From positions 746,441 through 810,440 of the forward strand of contig JAQGDQ010000039.1 of the NCBI GenBank assembly GCA_030141605.1: DNA of 64,000 nucleotides. The letters are read 5' to 3'. This document shows positions 27,701 to 46,385 of the stretch, piece after piece. Position 1 is the stretch's first letter, and every line of letters starts with the position of its first letter. This stretch comes from Tubiluchus corallicola. Lineage: Eukaryota > Animalia > Priapulida. The notes beneath the pieces are model-generated. The model had not been told where the DNA came from. It saw only the letters and a list, made by a program, of their open reading frames with translations, and did not search any database. The position numbers and the translations under genes are program-made.

Positions 27701-30700
27701 CTTTCGGCAAAAGTAGTTTAACCTGCAGTTATTATACATTGACAAAAGGCAAATGTCTGGATATGGACCAAAATCTTTGGGATACAACCAATTGCCAGTT
27801 ATTATGAGACAAGGAGTTGGCACATATTACAAAAATCCACGGTTCAAATCCAAAATCATTCAATACCTTTCGTGTGTTTATTCTTTCAATATCTTTGGCC
27901 TTCAAATCTTTAAATGATGCTGAGGCTTGATATGGACATGCACCAACATTAATTTGTTATATGAAACAACCAGATTATGCATAATATATACCTCAGTAAT
28001 TTGGTTCATTTCTTGAACAAGTTGAGCTAAAATCTGAACGCCGATCATACAGTGATCTACTGAACCCTAAAAATAAGAAAAACCCATTGATCAGTTACTT
28101 GACAATGTCGATGGTTTACAAAATAAAAACAAATCTTTTGAAAAGATAATCCACATAGTTCCACCACAGTATAGCAGCAATAATAATTATAAACCTACAG
28201 CTAAGCTCTGTCAATCAAGTTGCAAACTCAGAGAGTCTTTCATTAAATAAAATCAATACTTTTCGTTAATTCAAAATCAATGTTTTTCATTAATATAAAA
28301 TCGACGTCTTCTATTAATATAAAATCGATGTTTTTCATTAATACAAAATCAATGCATTTCATTAAATAAAATCAATATCTTCCATTAATATAAAATCAAT
28401 AGTTTTCATTAATACAAAATCAATGTCTTTCATTAAATAAAATCAATGTCTTTCATTAAATAAAATAAATGTCTTTCATTAAATAAAATCAACATCTTTC
28501 AATAATATAAAATCAAAGTCTTTCATTAAACATAATTAATGTGTTTCATTAAATAAAATCAATGTTTTACATTAATATAAAATCAATGCATTTCATTAAA
28601 TAAAAACAATGTCTTCCATTCATATAAAATCAATGTGTTTAACAAATTTGCTGCAAAACTCTGACAATTTTTATCAAGCAATGTTTGTGCACTTTGTAAA
28701 AGAAACAATCATATAAACTACACATGTTATGCAAAAGTTTTTTTCTAATGATACACAAATAGCAGGGAATAACCTAACTTACCTGCAAAAACTTTGTGAC
28801 GTCGGCAGTAACATTTTGGAAAACATTATCATTTTTGTTACCATCAAACCAGCCTAGTTTTGTTATTCTTCCATACAACTGAAAAAATGTTAACACTTGC
28901 TAACTTTCAAATTACGTGGCACTAGATGAGCATTTGCATAAACATTACTAGACAAATTTATTTTGAGTAAGTTATATTTTATTTACTAGTACTCATCAAG
29001 TACTGTATTGAACAATATAGTTGCTTATATTACTTCAGTATTATTATTTCTAAAATTCCTAGAAAAGTTCTCAGACATGGTTAAGTAGTAGTATTAAGAG
29101 TTTACTTGTTACCACTGCATGCATGTATGTAAGACTGTAACTGTACGTGGAATAAATTTAAGCGTAAAATTCTATTAGATAAAAGAATTATATAAGGTAG
29201 ATCGTAAGTTAATTACCTGTACAATTGCTTGTGTAACAAAGGCAGGAAGTTTTGGTCGATTCCCCAAGTAATTTAACACATAATTTCCTGCAATATGAAC
29301 CTTGTTTTACTATACTTGTTTGACAAGTAATAATTAAAATAGGAAACAACACGCTAACAAAATTCTTTCTTGAATAGCTTATATTTCTAAAGGAAATTTT
29401 TTTGCTCATATGTTACCTAAACAATGAACAGTAACAGTTTTGTAAGTTGATACCTACTGTGAGTAAATAGTTCAGTAGATTAAATGTTATAGTATTAAAG
29501 TCAACAAAAAACTACATAAACATGTAATTATTATATTAGTAAAAGCACTTACGAATGTCTATCCGCTGTTCTAGTGGAAGAGCAACTTGTGGTCGAGTGA
29601 TAAGCTTTGTCAGTGTAGTAGCAGCAAGCAACTGTGCATACGACGACTGTAAAAGACACAGATAAACTTGACAAAAATGAACTAAATACAACTGCTGCTA
29701 GCCAGCCAAGGTTATGACATTATACATCACAAGCAATGGCAACAATCTACACACTTGCACAGTATAGATCCAACATGATGTTAGCAAAGAGTTTTCCGAC
29801 ACAAACAACTGGTTATAAAAAGAAAAATATCATTAAGAAATAAAAAATAAAACTTCAAACAAGGACAAAATTCACTGGTTAGACCTTGGAAACAAAATGC
29901 GATTTTTTCAGATCAAACCTAAGTGCACCTTAAGGTTTTCGTATATTCCATGGCAGATAATTTGTTTAAAAGCATAAGATAAGAAACATTAATCTAAAAA
30001 ATTGAAGAAATTACTTACATTTTCTCGTTCAAGAAGTAGCTGGCACTTGGATAAACATTCTGGAGTATTGCTGAACTCTATGAGAGCTTTTTCTGCTTGG
30101 GTCCTTCGTGCTGTGTCAGTGGTTTCATACAGTTGCTTGCACAAGACTTCTAACTGTATAACCTGCTATGCAGCAAAACTATTATTTGCAACAAAATCTT
30201 AACGAATAAAAAATGAGAAAAACCTAATTTGACAGGTAAACAATTGCTTTAAAAAGTTAACCTTTAAAAAGCGTGCACAAGCTAATGACTCCAGTTTTTA
30301 CACTCCAGTTTTGAGGTTTAAATTTTGGCGACTTATTTTCAATATGCTTCAACCAATCAATTGCGAGGTCACAACATTACAAATTGTTTACACCAATTTC
30401 GACATTATAATTCAAAACTCTCATATGCTAGTACCTGGATGGAGTACAAAATAATCCTCAGTGAATTTCAGCAATCAGCCATATCATTATTTTGAGCAAT
30501 TTCCCATCAAAAACCCATTTGCTCAATATGGCACACTCACATTTATCTTTCTGTGGATTATTACTTGTTTATTGCAATGTGACTAGTTTCAATGCACATC
30601 GTTACTTCATTTCAGCTCAATACGTATTACAAATGACATCTGACCAAAAATCACCCACAAAATTATACAGGCTTAGGAGCAATTTTAAATATTTAAGCAA

Positions 30701-33700
30701 CAGAGATGGAAAAAATGGGTTTCGCTTATTAGGAAGCTCTCTCTCTCTCTTTCTCTGTCTGTCTGTCTCTCTCTCTTTCAGTAAAAATCATGAATACATA
30801 ATGAATCAATTTAATACAAATTAAATAATATATCATCCCCTGTCAAACTCTTCTGCAGAAATGACCAATTAACTTCTAGAAGTTAGAATTACAATAGTTA
30901 AAATAATACTACTACTTTCTAACTACTATTAAGTTTCTACTTTTTACAAACCACTATAAGGTTGAGATAAACTTCTCACATACAGAAAATCCTTGACGGC
31001 TTCGCTTACGCACCATGCTTACACTTAACAGGAAATAATTTACGATACACGCAGTTGGATGTCACAGTATTTAACAACCAAACCCTGAACTGACCTAGCA
31101 GTTCATCAGCAGCACATTAACACAGCATGACCATGAACTTGGTTTTTAACTTGATCAAGGCATAAGTAATGCATACAGATGAAATTGCTTCAGGTTTTAC
31201 ATTTTTATGCCTACAGACCACATAAAGTGTCCTTCTAAAGGTGGAACAAATGAAGTTTCTGTCATTTTTAAAAACAACTTTATAGACATAACGTATCATA
31301 AAAATATTTATTATAAAACAATTTATTTGCGTTTATTTGTCTTTAGTTTACTAAACAATTCGATTATATCTACAAGCTTACAGAAATATCCAGTAACATA
31401 AAGTAATACGTGACAAGCACTTATTTTGAATGATTTGGCTAAAAGTTCAAAACACGAGAGACATGGATACACAGCTTTTATCACATATTTTTGGAAAACA
31501 CGAGGATAAAATTTAAATCAATCGGCCAGGGTAGAGATAAACGTAGGCCTATCTGTCTATGCTTACAGCATAGTGAGTATACTATGCGTAGAGCAAACAG
31601 GAAGTTTAAGCTTTTCACTTAACTGACACAGGATGTAATGGATAGAGAAGAAAAAATGTGAAACAGCTGATGAAATTCATACACATCCTTGTGCTTATGG
31701 CGATGCTAAGCTAAGAAAATGGTACTGTTGCACACCCATGCAATGTTTTGTAAAAATACCAAGAAATGTTACAGCATAAGTTTAGATAAGTTGAACTGTA
31801 AGGGTTCACAACCCAAGTGTTTTTCCAACTAAGCATCACCATTTTCTAACAATGTTGTGGACTCTAAATCTAAACTTACAACAAGGAACGTAATCAATTT
31901 GAACAAGACCAAAATCATACTTAATTATCAAATCTGGCAATGGCAGGGTTAAATTTGAGGGTCGGGGCAAAATGGTTTCAGGGTTACATCTGACGGCTGC
32001 TGGTGACTGGTGTGGCTTAAAAGTGTGTTTCTGATAAGTTTGTAGTTTTTTTTTGGTTTAAAAACCAATATAATTGACCAATTTAACAGAAATTGCTCAT
32101 TCTAATATCCAATAATGGTAATCTGCATCCACGAAAATCCCATATAATATAACAAATCTAGTGCAGCATATGCTTACAAAATAAAATTTGGATTATGTCT
32201 TTTCCGCAAAAACCAGCTATTCAGACTTGCAATGTTTCAAACTTTCTCTTAAACAGACATAAAAATATATCATCACAGAGAAGACAACTCTATTTATTTC
32301 AAGAAATATATATATATTAAATAAAAATAAAAGTTAGATCTATATAGCCATAGATCTGCAATAACTTCACACCAAAATAATCTGTAGTAACATGCACCAC
32401 GTACACTAAACATTTTAAATTACAGTACCTTACTTACACAGAAAAAAGAACCGACACAGAAAAAAACAGAAAAAGAGCTAGAAATCATTTAAACGAAGAC
32501 CAAATTTAAAAAAAAATTATTACAGGTAGATATACGACAAAGCTACAAACAGATATTGCTAGCAGACTAAACTGGCAGCTAAAAGTTTTTGTCCCAGATT
32601 GACATTTGATAAAAAGAACATCATAGTGATATCACAATTCTGCACCTCAAACTGCATCTATACAGCTGCAGTAGTCTCAGTCTCATTACTGTGCATGTAA
32701 AAGCAAAACATTAGAAAACATTTTCTAACATATCTCACAAAGCTTGCAATTCCAGTTCGATACAATCCCAGCACCACTATGTTTGACTTACAAGCTGGAT
32801 AGCACGAATGTGTCAGTTGACTGTACTAGCAGTCTTAAAAAACATGCTTGAGCACCAACCACTCGGACAATCACTTTTTTGTTAGTAGTCCAGTAGGCTA
32901 CTAATGCTGACCAAACAATATTAGTGTAAGCAAACAGAAATGTAAATATATTAATATCGTGAAAGTTTTCTTCAGCTATGCATCGAATGGATTTACCGGT
33001 CAAATCCGACTAATGTAATAATTTGTATGCTTAATTTTTTTTGTGTGGTTCGAATAAAATAAAAAAGTAAAAGTGCACTGCGAGTTGAAATCTAGCTTTT
33101 AACGGCAGGGGTTACTATTCATGCTGAATGACTACAAGCAATACCAGAACCAATCTCATTATCACAGGTAAGTCTCTAAGGCTAAGACAAAAACACTTAG
33201 TTAGTACAGAGATACAGGAGATTTCCTGTATTACCGACCAAAACCAATCTCATCAACTCTGAGCTCTGGACATTAAAAGCAAATCATAAAGCTGAAATTG
33301 ATGCATTTCAACAGCAAAATTACAGAAATATTTTAGGTATCAGATGGCCAAAGAAGATCTCAAATAAAAACCTGAACGAAGAGACCTGAACGAAAAAAGA
33401 AGCACTATGACAAGAAAAATAAAAAAGTGTCATTCAAGATGAATTGGGCATGTGCTTAGACAACCTGAAGAAAATCCAGTGAAGACTGCTGTTCAACAAG
33501 CAACAGAACCAGCAGAAGGACAAATGTTAACATATTTAGATTTTGCACAGAAAGGTTTAAACATACTTCAGCACTGATCCTTAGAGATAAATGCGCTTGG
33601 ACATTGCAGCGAGTAGAGAATCATAGCAGAAAGAGGTGAGCAGAATCATGTACCTGGACGTATGATTCAATGGATGTTGATGATATCACAAATAATTCTC

Positions 33701-34581
33701 TAAGACTAAGACAAAAACACTTAGCTATTATATTAGAAATGGGGGAAAGCAGTATGGAAATAAAACTGTCCACAAACAGTTTTTATAACAGTTACAGGAC
33801 TATTGATTGTTTAATATACGATGTAAGATCAACACACTTTAGGAACAACATTGCTAAAGGGAAGTTACAGAATGGGGTCAATGCTACAAGCTTTTAAATT
33901 TATTACTAAAAGAATGCATTCTAAATTTATATCACAGAACCACCACTAAGGTAATAGATTCAACTTCTGAATCTTGCAGAAAGTAGCAATTAACCATCAG
34001 AATTGTTTTTCCTATTGAGCATAGACAGTATTGCACGTAAGACAAGTATAGATCTTAACTGTCAATTGCCATAGATCAGCCCTTTTATATTATATTATAT
34101 AACGGCTGTTGTGCAAACAAGATGCAACATAAATCAAAAAGAAAATTCAAGAACAGATGAGATATTGTTGATCTGGTGATAGTCACAGTCAGTGATTCAT
34201 ATTTTAATAATAGTTACAGTGCTGCAGAGCAGTCTGTGTAGATACTTCAGGTGAGTTTTGCAAAACAATTTGCTTCGCTTCGTTACTTATTTAGAAAAGA
34301 AAATAATTAACTTTTAATAGGACTAGTCTATACAGAGACTATGAGATGCATTACTGCACGCACCAAATAGTCACCTCAAGTTCAACTGAAATAGAGGGAA
34401 ATTTAAAACAATAAACAAAATCCATTTCAGATCGTATTTATGAAATTCGCGGGAACAGGATTTAGCTGAAACAGGATGCGGCAGTACAAACTAGACAAGC
34501 TGATGAAAATTACAACGTAAAGCAAGAGAAGAAGAACAAAAGCAAATCACATTTTTGTAAACTTACTTCATCATCCGCCAT
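4981..34581 (-). CDS. XPO7: Exportin-7 (RanBP16/RanBP17 family nuclear export receptor), 28 coding exons, ~1101 aa
   Basis: Hand-spliced exons (high to low): 34567-34581, 30019-30165, 29553-29646, 29217-29287, 28783-28878, 27992-28066, 25908-26060, 24523-24649, 23603-23676, 22922-23041, 22401-22547, 20362-20481, 19084-19194, 17925-18060, 16569-16674, 15696-15834, 14556-14629, 14279-14423, 13895-14042, 12342-12412, 11849-11937, 10835-11025, 9896-10110, 8860-8998, 7986-8143, 6748-6846, 5606-5733, 4981-5098. All introns are GT-AG, phases are consistent, and the total of 3306 nt ends in TGA. Recognisable motifs: [112 protein letters not shown]. Confidence 0.96.
6894..7737. mobile_element. hAT-type MITE in XPO7 intron
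   Basis: Ends TAGGATTTACACGGGTA / TACCCGATGAAAACACTA, with clustered CGGGTA subterminal motifs. Imperfect 8-bp TSD CTTTCATA/CTTTCTTT. Confidence 0.65.
9011..9413. mobile_element. MITE family A, copy 1 (AATAAGCCTTTTCACAGTT termini)
   Basis: Ends AATACGCCTTTTCACAGTT / AATGTGAAACGGCTTGTT; the internal sequence aligns by eye with 38177-38579. Confidence 0.7.
11026..11848 (-). other. U12-type (minor spliceosome) GT-AG intron of XPO7
   Basis: The donor reads TT|GTATCCTTT on the minus strand. A branch-point-like TCCTTAGC lies at 11039-11046, with its A about 16 nt from the AG. The intron is phase 2 within FDWL/YP. Confidence 0.88.
11224..11264 (+). ncRNA. Minimal type-I hammerhead ribozyme-like motif (Penelope/retrozyme style), possibly decayed
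   Basis: TCGCAG-CTGATGA-A-GTCC-atgaa-GGAC-GAAA-AC-TT-CTGTGA. Stem I TCGCAG/CTGTGA (6 bp, one G-U), CUGAUGA core, 4-bp stem II, GAAA box, near-absent stem III; AATAAA follows. Confidence 0.6.
12606..12650. repeat. (AT)n-rich microsatellite
   Basis: Interrupted TA runs. Confidence 0.85.
14780..15304. mobile_element. hAT-type MITE in XPO7 intron
   Basis: TIRs TAAGGTTGTAAAGATACA / TGTATCATTACAGACCTA; GATAC subterminal repeats; perfect TSD GTTATCAA (14772-14779, 15305-15312). Confidence 0.85.
16800..17520. mobile_element. MITE (hAT-like CAGGG termini) in XPO7 intron
   Basis: TIRs CAGGGATGTTACCGAAACTAAAATT / AATTTTAGTTTCCGTAACATACCTG; many AACCGAAA subterminal repeats; TSD degraded. Confidence 0.75.
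18197..18238. repeat. (GT)n microsatellite
   Basis: Visible dinucleotide run. Confidence 0.95.
18240..18700 (+). mobile_element. Two tandem decayed tRNA-derived SINE-like units
   Basis: Both units share AGAAARGTGCAGAGGC and CCTTCTTCAATTA.TTAGC. A B-box-like GGTTCAAATC is near 18349, and an A-box-like TACCTCAAATAGTAGAG near 18591. The pair is flanked by (GT)n and (TAA)n. Confidence 0.5.
18707..18748. repeat. (TAA)n microsatellite
   Basis: Visible trinucleotide run of about 14 units. Confidence 0.95.
21755..21901. mobile_element. Well-preserved single terminus of a hAT-type element
   Basis: GC-rich ...AGAGGACGTGTCCGGGGAAACCCGGACGTATGGTAACCCTA, the reverse complement of a TAGGGTTACCATACGTCC end. 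No partner end was found. Confidence 0.6.
28238..28640. repeat. Minisatellite, ~23-24-bp unit (TTTCATTAAATAAAATCAATGTC), ~17 copies, in XPO7 intron 5
   Basis: Directly visible tandem degenerate repeats. Confidence 0.92.
33204..33683 (+). mobile_element. 5'-truncated RTE-like LINE 3' fragment in XPO7 intron 1, flanked by 44-bp direct repeats
   Basis: Translates to [23 protein letters not shown] and later GHVLR, typical of the RTE/BovB C-terminus. Direct repeats lie at 33160-33203 and 33684-33727. A related copy lies at 36730-36905. Confidence 0.7.
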
Positions 34582-34670
34582 ATTTCTTGTTTTGAAAATT
34601 ATACGGCGAGCGCGCTCTAGTAGCAACAATTTAAAACCGCCAAATCAAAGACTCACGAACTATGCCCACT
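34582..34670 (-). promoter_or_regulatory. Putative XPO7 core promoter/5'UTR
   Basis: A CpG cluster CGGCGAGCGCGCTCTAGTAGCAAC lies ~25-45 nt upstream of the ATG, and there is no acceptor-like tract before the ATG. Confidence 0.4.
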
Positions 34671-36399
34671 AAGATAAAAAATATTTATGCTGCAGCAGTT
34701 TTTAGATAATCTGTCAAATTTATAATAATAATCTAAAACACCCCACCCCCAGGTTTCTATTTCACCCTCACAGCTATCTTGATTGTATTAGATTGCACTA
34801 GGCTATTGACAATGACTAAATTGACTATACTAATACTTCTAGCAGGCTCCTGCATATCCACACAATAAAGGAGCAAGCCAAAAACTGAATTGTGTGATTT
34901 CTTTTTATAGCTTCAATTTTTAATTTTATAATGTTTAATTTTGATTCACTAATTTCAAATTTATACTGTTTTTCTCGTCACACTCCACCACATGATTTGT
35001 TGATTGTTCCAATTTTCTAAACTATTGCTCATAAATCTCAGTTTCATCGCACTTTACCTCAGCTCGCATTTTTAGATACTTTTCAACTGCATTTTTATTT
35101 ATTTTTTCCAGTGTGACATCAATGAGCTTGTATTCTCACAGCATTTATAATTATCTAAAATCACACGTACTTTCAGTAATCTCTCTAACTTCTGCCCCCA
35201 GCATTTCTGGGAATAATTATTTTTTTTATCACATTATACACACTTTACACAGTGCTTCAGTAGACATACACTACACGTCTTTTTTGTATACATGATGAGA
35301 CAGTATGAGACAATTAGAAATTTACGTTCATAACAAAAGTGCCTTTGAATCCAAATCCTGCAGTCATTAGGTTATTGATCTAAGTAGCCAATAACAGGAG
35401 ACAATAAACAATTAGTTTCAACGCCCACGATATTAGCAGTTTTTGTTTTCAACTTAAGGGCCCTGTGCACAAGCATTTTCTGTTTGTAAACTGTTTAGTG
35501 GTACATTTCCTTCCTTAGCAGCAGGTCACGATGTGTTGAGAGAAGGAGCAAAAGCTCAGCAGCCATTACTCTGTGTAGATTATATGTTCTGTTATGCAGG
35601 CTTATTGTTGTTCATTAAGCGCACGTACACGCAATCCTGCTACTGTAAAATCATTATAACAGTGAACAATTTAAAATTTAGAGATTTTAAACAGTATTTA
35701 CTGCTTCAAATGTGAAACAGCTGTACGAATAATAACTTATGCATGTAATTGTTTTTACATTATTCATTTGTGTTTTGGCAATACAACACTGGCAGTCAGG
35801 AAGTCGGGGTACTCGATTCTTCAATTTTAGCTAAAGAACTGAAAAACAGTGGTAAATGCACACCGTTTAAGAAACAGTTCAACATTACGGTCACAGTCTT
35901 AACATCAATTTGTCAAATCTACAGATGTTTGTCATACATTTCCTCAAGCATCTCCTCAATAAGTGATTTGCTGGCACATTGGCTTCAATAAGAGACAATA
36001 ATCTCCGTTAAAATTTCAAGGCAATAGAAATGAAAAAAAACTTGCAGGAAATAGGTAAGACAGGAACAACGATGAAATGTGTTAACAACACATAATAACA
36101 ATACACTTTTCACTAATGAAAAATGTATTACAGTGCAAGTTTGTAAAACTAATAATACTAACTAAATTATAATCATTGCACCAACAATAAAAGTAAAACA
36201 CGAAATAAAATACTTTTAAAGCTCTCGCCATTTAAAACACAGTGCATTTTGGAGAATGTTATTAATCAGAAATTATTATTTAAAAATAATGCTAACAATA
36301 TCATTTGTTCTCAGCATTTCAACATAATTTAACTGTAGCACATTCGTACCATTTTGGATGTAATTATGCTTAGTGATATGATAAACGGATGCAAACTCG

Positions 36400-36905
36400 C
36401 CTTCAGAATGAGACCAGATTCACAGACAGCCAGACTGGCACAACTGACATACTGGCTTGCATAGGCTGTAAAGAAGAGACATAGTCAAAGTTACAAGAGT
36501 CCAACGTTATAGAACGTTTGAGTAAGAAAACATGGCTTGCATCTGCAGCACAATGGATGAATTCTTTTGAATTCCAGAACCTGCTGTGAGGTGCAAAAGT
36601 TCCACAACCTGGGAATTTATTGTTCCCAAAGACCAGCAATTGTTATTGTTAGTTCACTAATCTCCTCCAAGGTGCTCAGCCATTGGCTATTTGTCCCCTT
36701 TAAAGCCATTTCATCAAAAGCAGCGGCACATAATCAGGAGGACAGATGTTAACATATTTAGATTGTGCACAGAAAGATTTAAACACTTAAGCACTGATTT
36801 TTAGAGATAAAAGAACTTGGTCCACTGCAAAATGTAGGTAGTTTTGGCATAAAGAAGTAAACAGAATCATGACACTGGATGTGTGATGCATCAGATGATG
36901 AAATG
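36400..36905 (+). mobile_element. Second decayed RTE-like fragment, just downstream of the DHPS stop codon (antisense to DHPS)
   Basis: 36736-36905 aligns by eye with 33515-33683 (GGACARATGTTAACATATTTAGATT...CAGAATCATG...GATGATG). An upstream VQKFHNLG resembles the RT motif VEKFKYLG. Confidence 0.6.
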
Positions 36906-36974
36906 ATTTTTTTGTCCTTCTCGGGCAGAGTTGTACAAAATGAATAATAATAAAAAGTACATTAATGATGTCAA

Positions 36975-44717
<7,743 letters not shown>

Positions 44718-46385
44718 CTTGCTCACTCTATAAAACAGATAAATGAAATGTATAGTAATCAATATAAAATAGTGGACAGATAGACAAAAGTCCCATATGA
44801 GGTTCTTTCTTGTGTAAAAATTGCAATAACTGATTAATATTTTAATTCCATGTATGCGTAACAAAGTTTCACTCTGTAATGAACCACCTAGTATGAATTC
44901 CTTATTAATGACTATGTTTTTATATTGAAACGATGAAGTAGTCACCAATCAAGCTGGAAAATACATAATCATTGTGGTATATTGCTACATAAGTGCAAAT
45001 GTAAGTAGACATTGCATTGAGTTATACGGATCCGTGATTTGGATATGATACATCTTGGTATTGATACGACAACAATTTTTTTTGGTATTTTATTTTAATA
45101 GGGTTTAGTATTCCAGTTTGTTTTTAGGGTAGCATCAATAATATAATACAACACTTTTTTCTTATTTATTTGATGCAATATGGGATATGCATTGATAATT
45201 GTGTCCTTGCATAGCAAATCGTCCATAAGTCAGCAATTAACGTTTACTAGTTATTCACATACCCTGAATCTCCATTTCATGATGATCATTTTGATACCAA
45301 GCTCATCTCTCTATGTTATTTCTAAGCGGAGATAATCAACATTGAAGGTGAGGTGCAGGCTATGCAGTGAAAAACATAATCTTGAGAAAAACGCTGCTAA
45401 AGTCAGCCATTGTTTTTTGTTGCATCTCGACAAAAACTTAGCAACCATACGAAAGCGTAGTTGCTATGGACTTTGCAAGAGCACATTAAAGTTATGTTTA
45501 AGTCCAGTAGATGGCTCTTCCCGGAAATTTGGGCTTGTCAACAGAAAAAACCCAAAGCAAAATGACTGCTTCAATGAGCTACTATTGGAGTTTGTTTGCA
45601 ATTGCAGTACTAGTTTCTAGGCAGAGAAATGGGCACAGGATTATAAAGTTAAATTTTTAGTATTTTTGGACATTTTCTTGATAATTCGATGCTAGAATAT
45701 AAAAGTCCAATATATTTAGCATTTGCTTTTAGAAAAAAAAACAAAAAACTGACATTTGACCAAACTTTTGGTGTATTTTACTTTGAAGCATCATAACATA
45801 GTTTTAACTATGCTGACTTATGGACGGTTTTGGAGGATTGCAAGCACACAATTATCGCCTAGTAACATTGCAAAACATTTCAACATACAGGACTGCCTTG
45901 CAGAAGCTATACACCAGACTTTACTGTAATGGTTTTACCTGCTTGCATTACCTGGTTTCCCTAATTGCAGTACCTGGCATGAATTCACGTGGTCTGAACG
46001 AGTATGTAGCAAAACTAAATCCCCCAAATGTTAAAAATATTATGGACTGAATCAAAGCTAAATAGAGTGCAAGTTAATTTAAACTACAATAACTGGTTTT
46101 TACGTGATTTTTATGTAAAATGTGTGGAGACGAACAAGATACTACAAAGCATGTTTCCATGTAGGCCGTGTGATAAAACAAAACCTAATCATACTGGCGG
46201 TGAACTGGCTGGCAGTTAAAAGCAAACCAAAAGGGTGATAGACAATTAGTTTGTGAATAAATGTTGTAAATTGCACGTTAAACCAAATACAAACTAAAAT
46301 AATTTTACCATTGAAGCCAGGCTTTATGCGTGCAAATTCGACACTACGAATAAGACTACCTTAGGCTAAAGTTAAAAATATACAA

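Noticed and set aside
28238-28640. CRISPR-like array
   Set aside because: The units are contiguous with no unique spacers, the context is a eukaryotic intron, and there are no cas genes.
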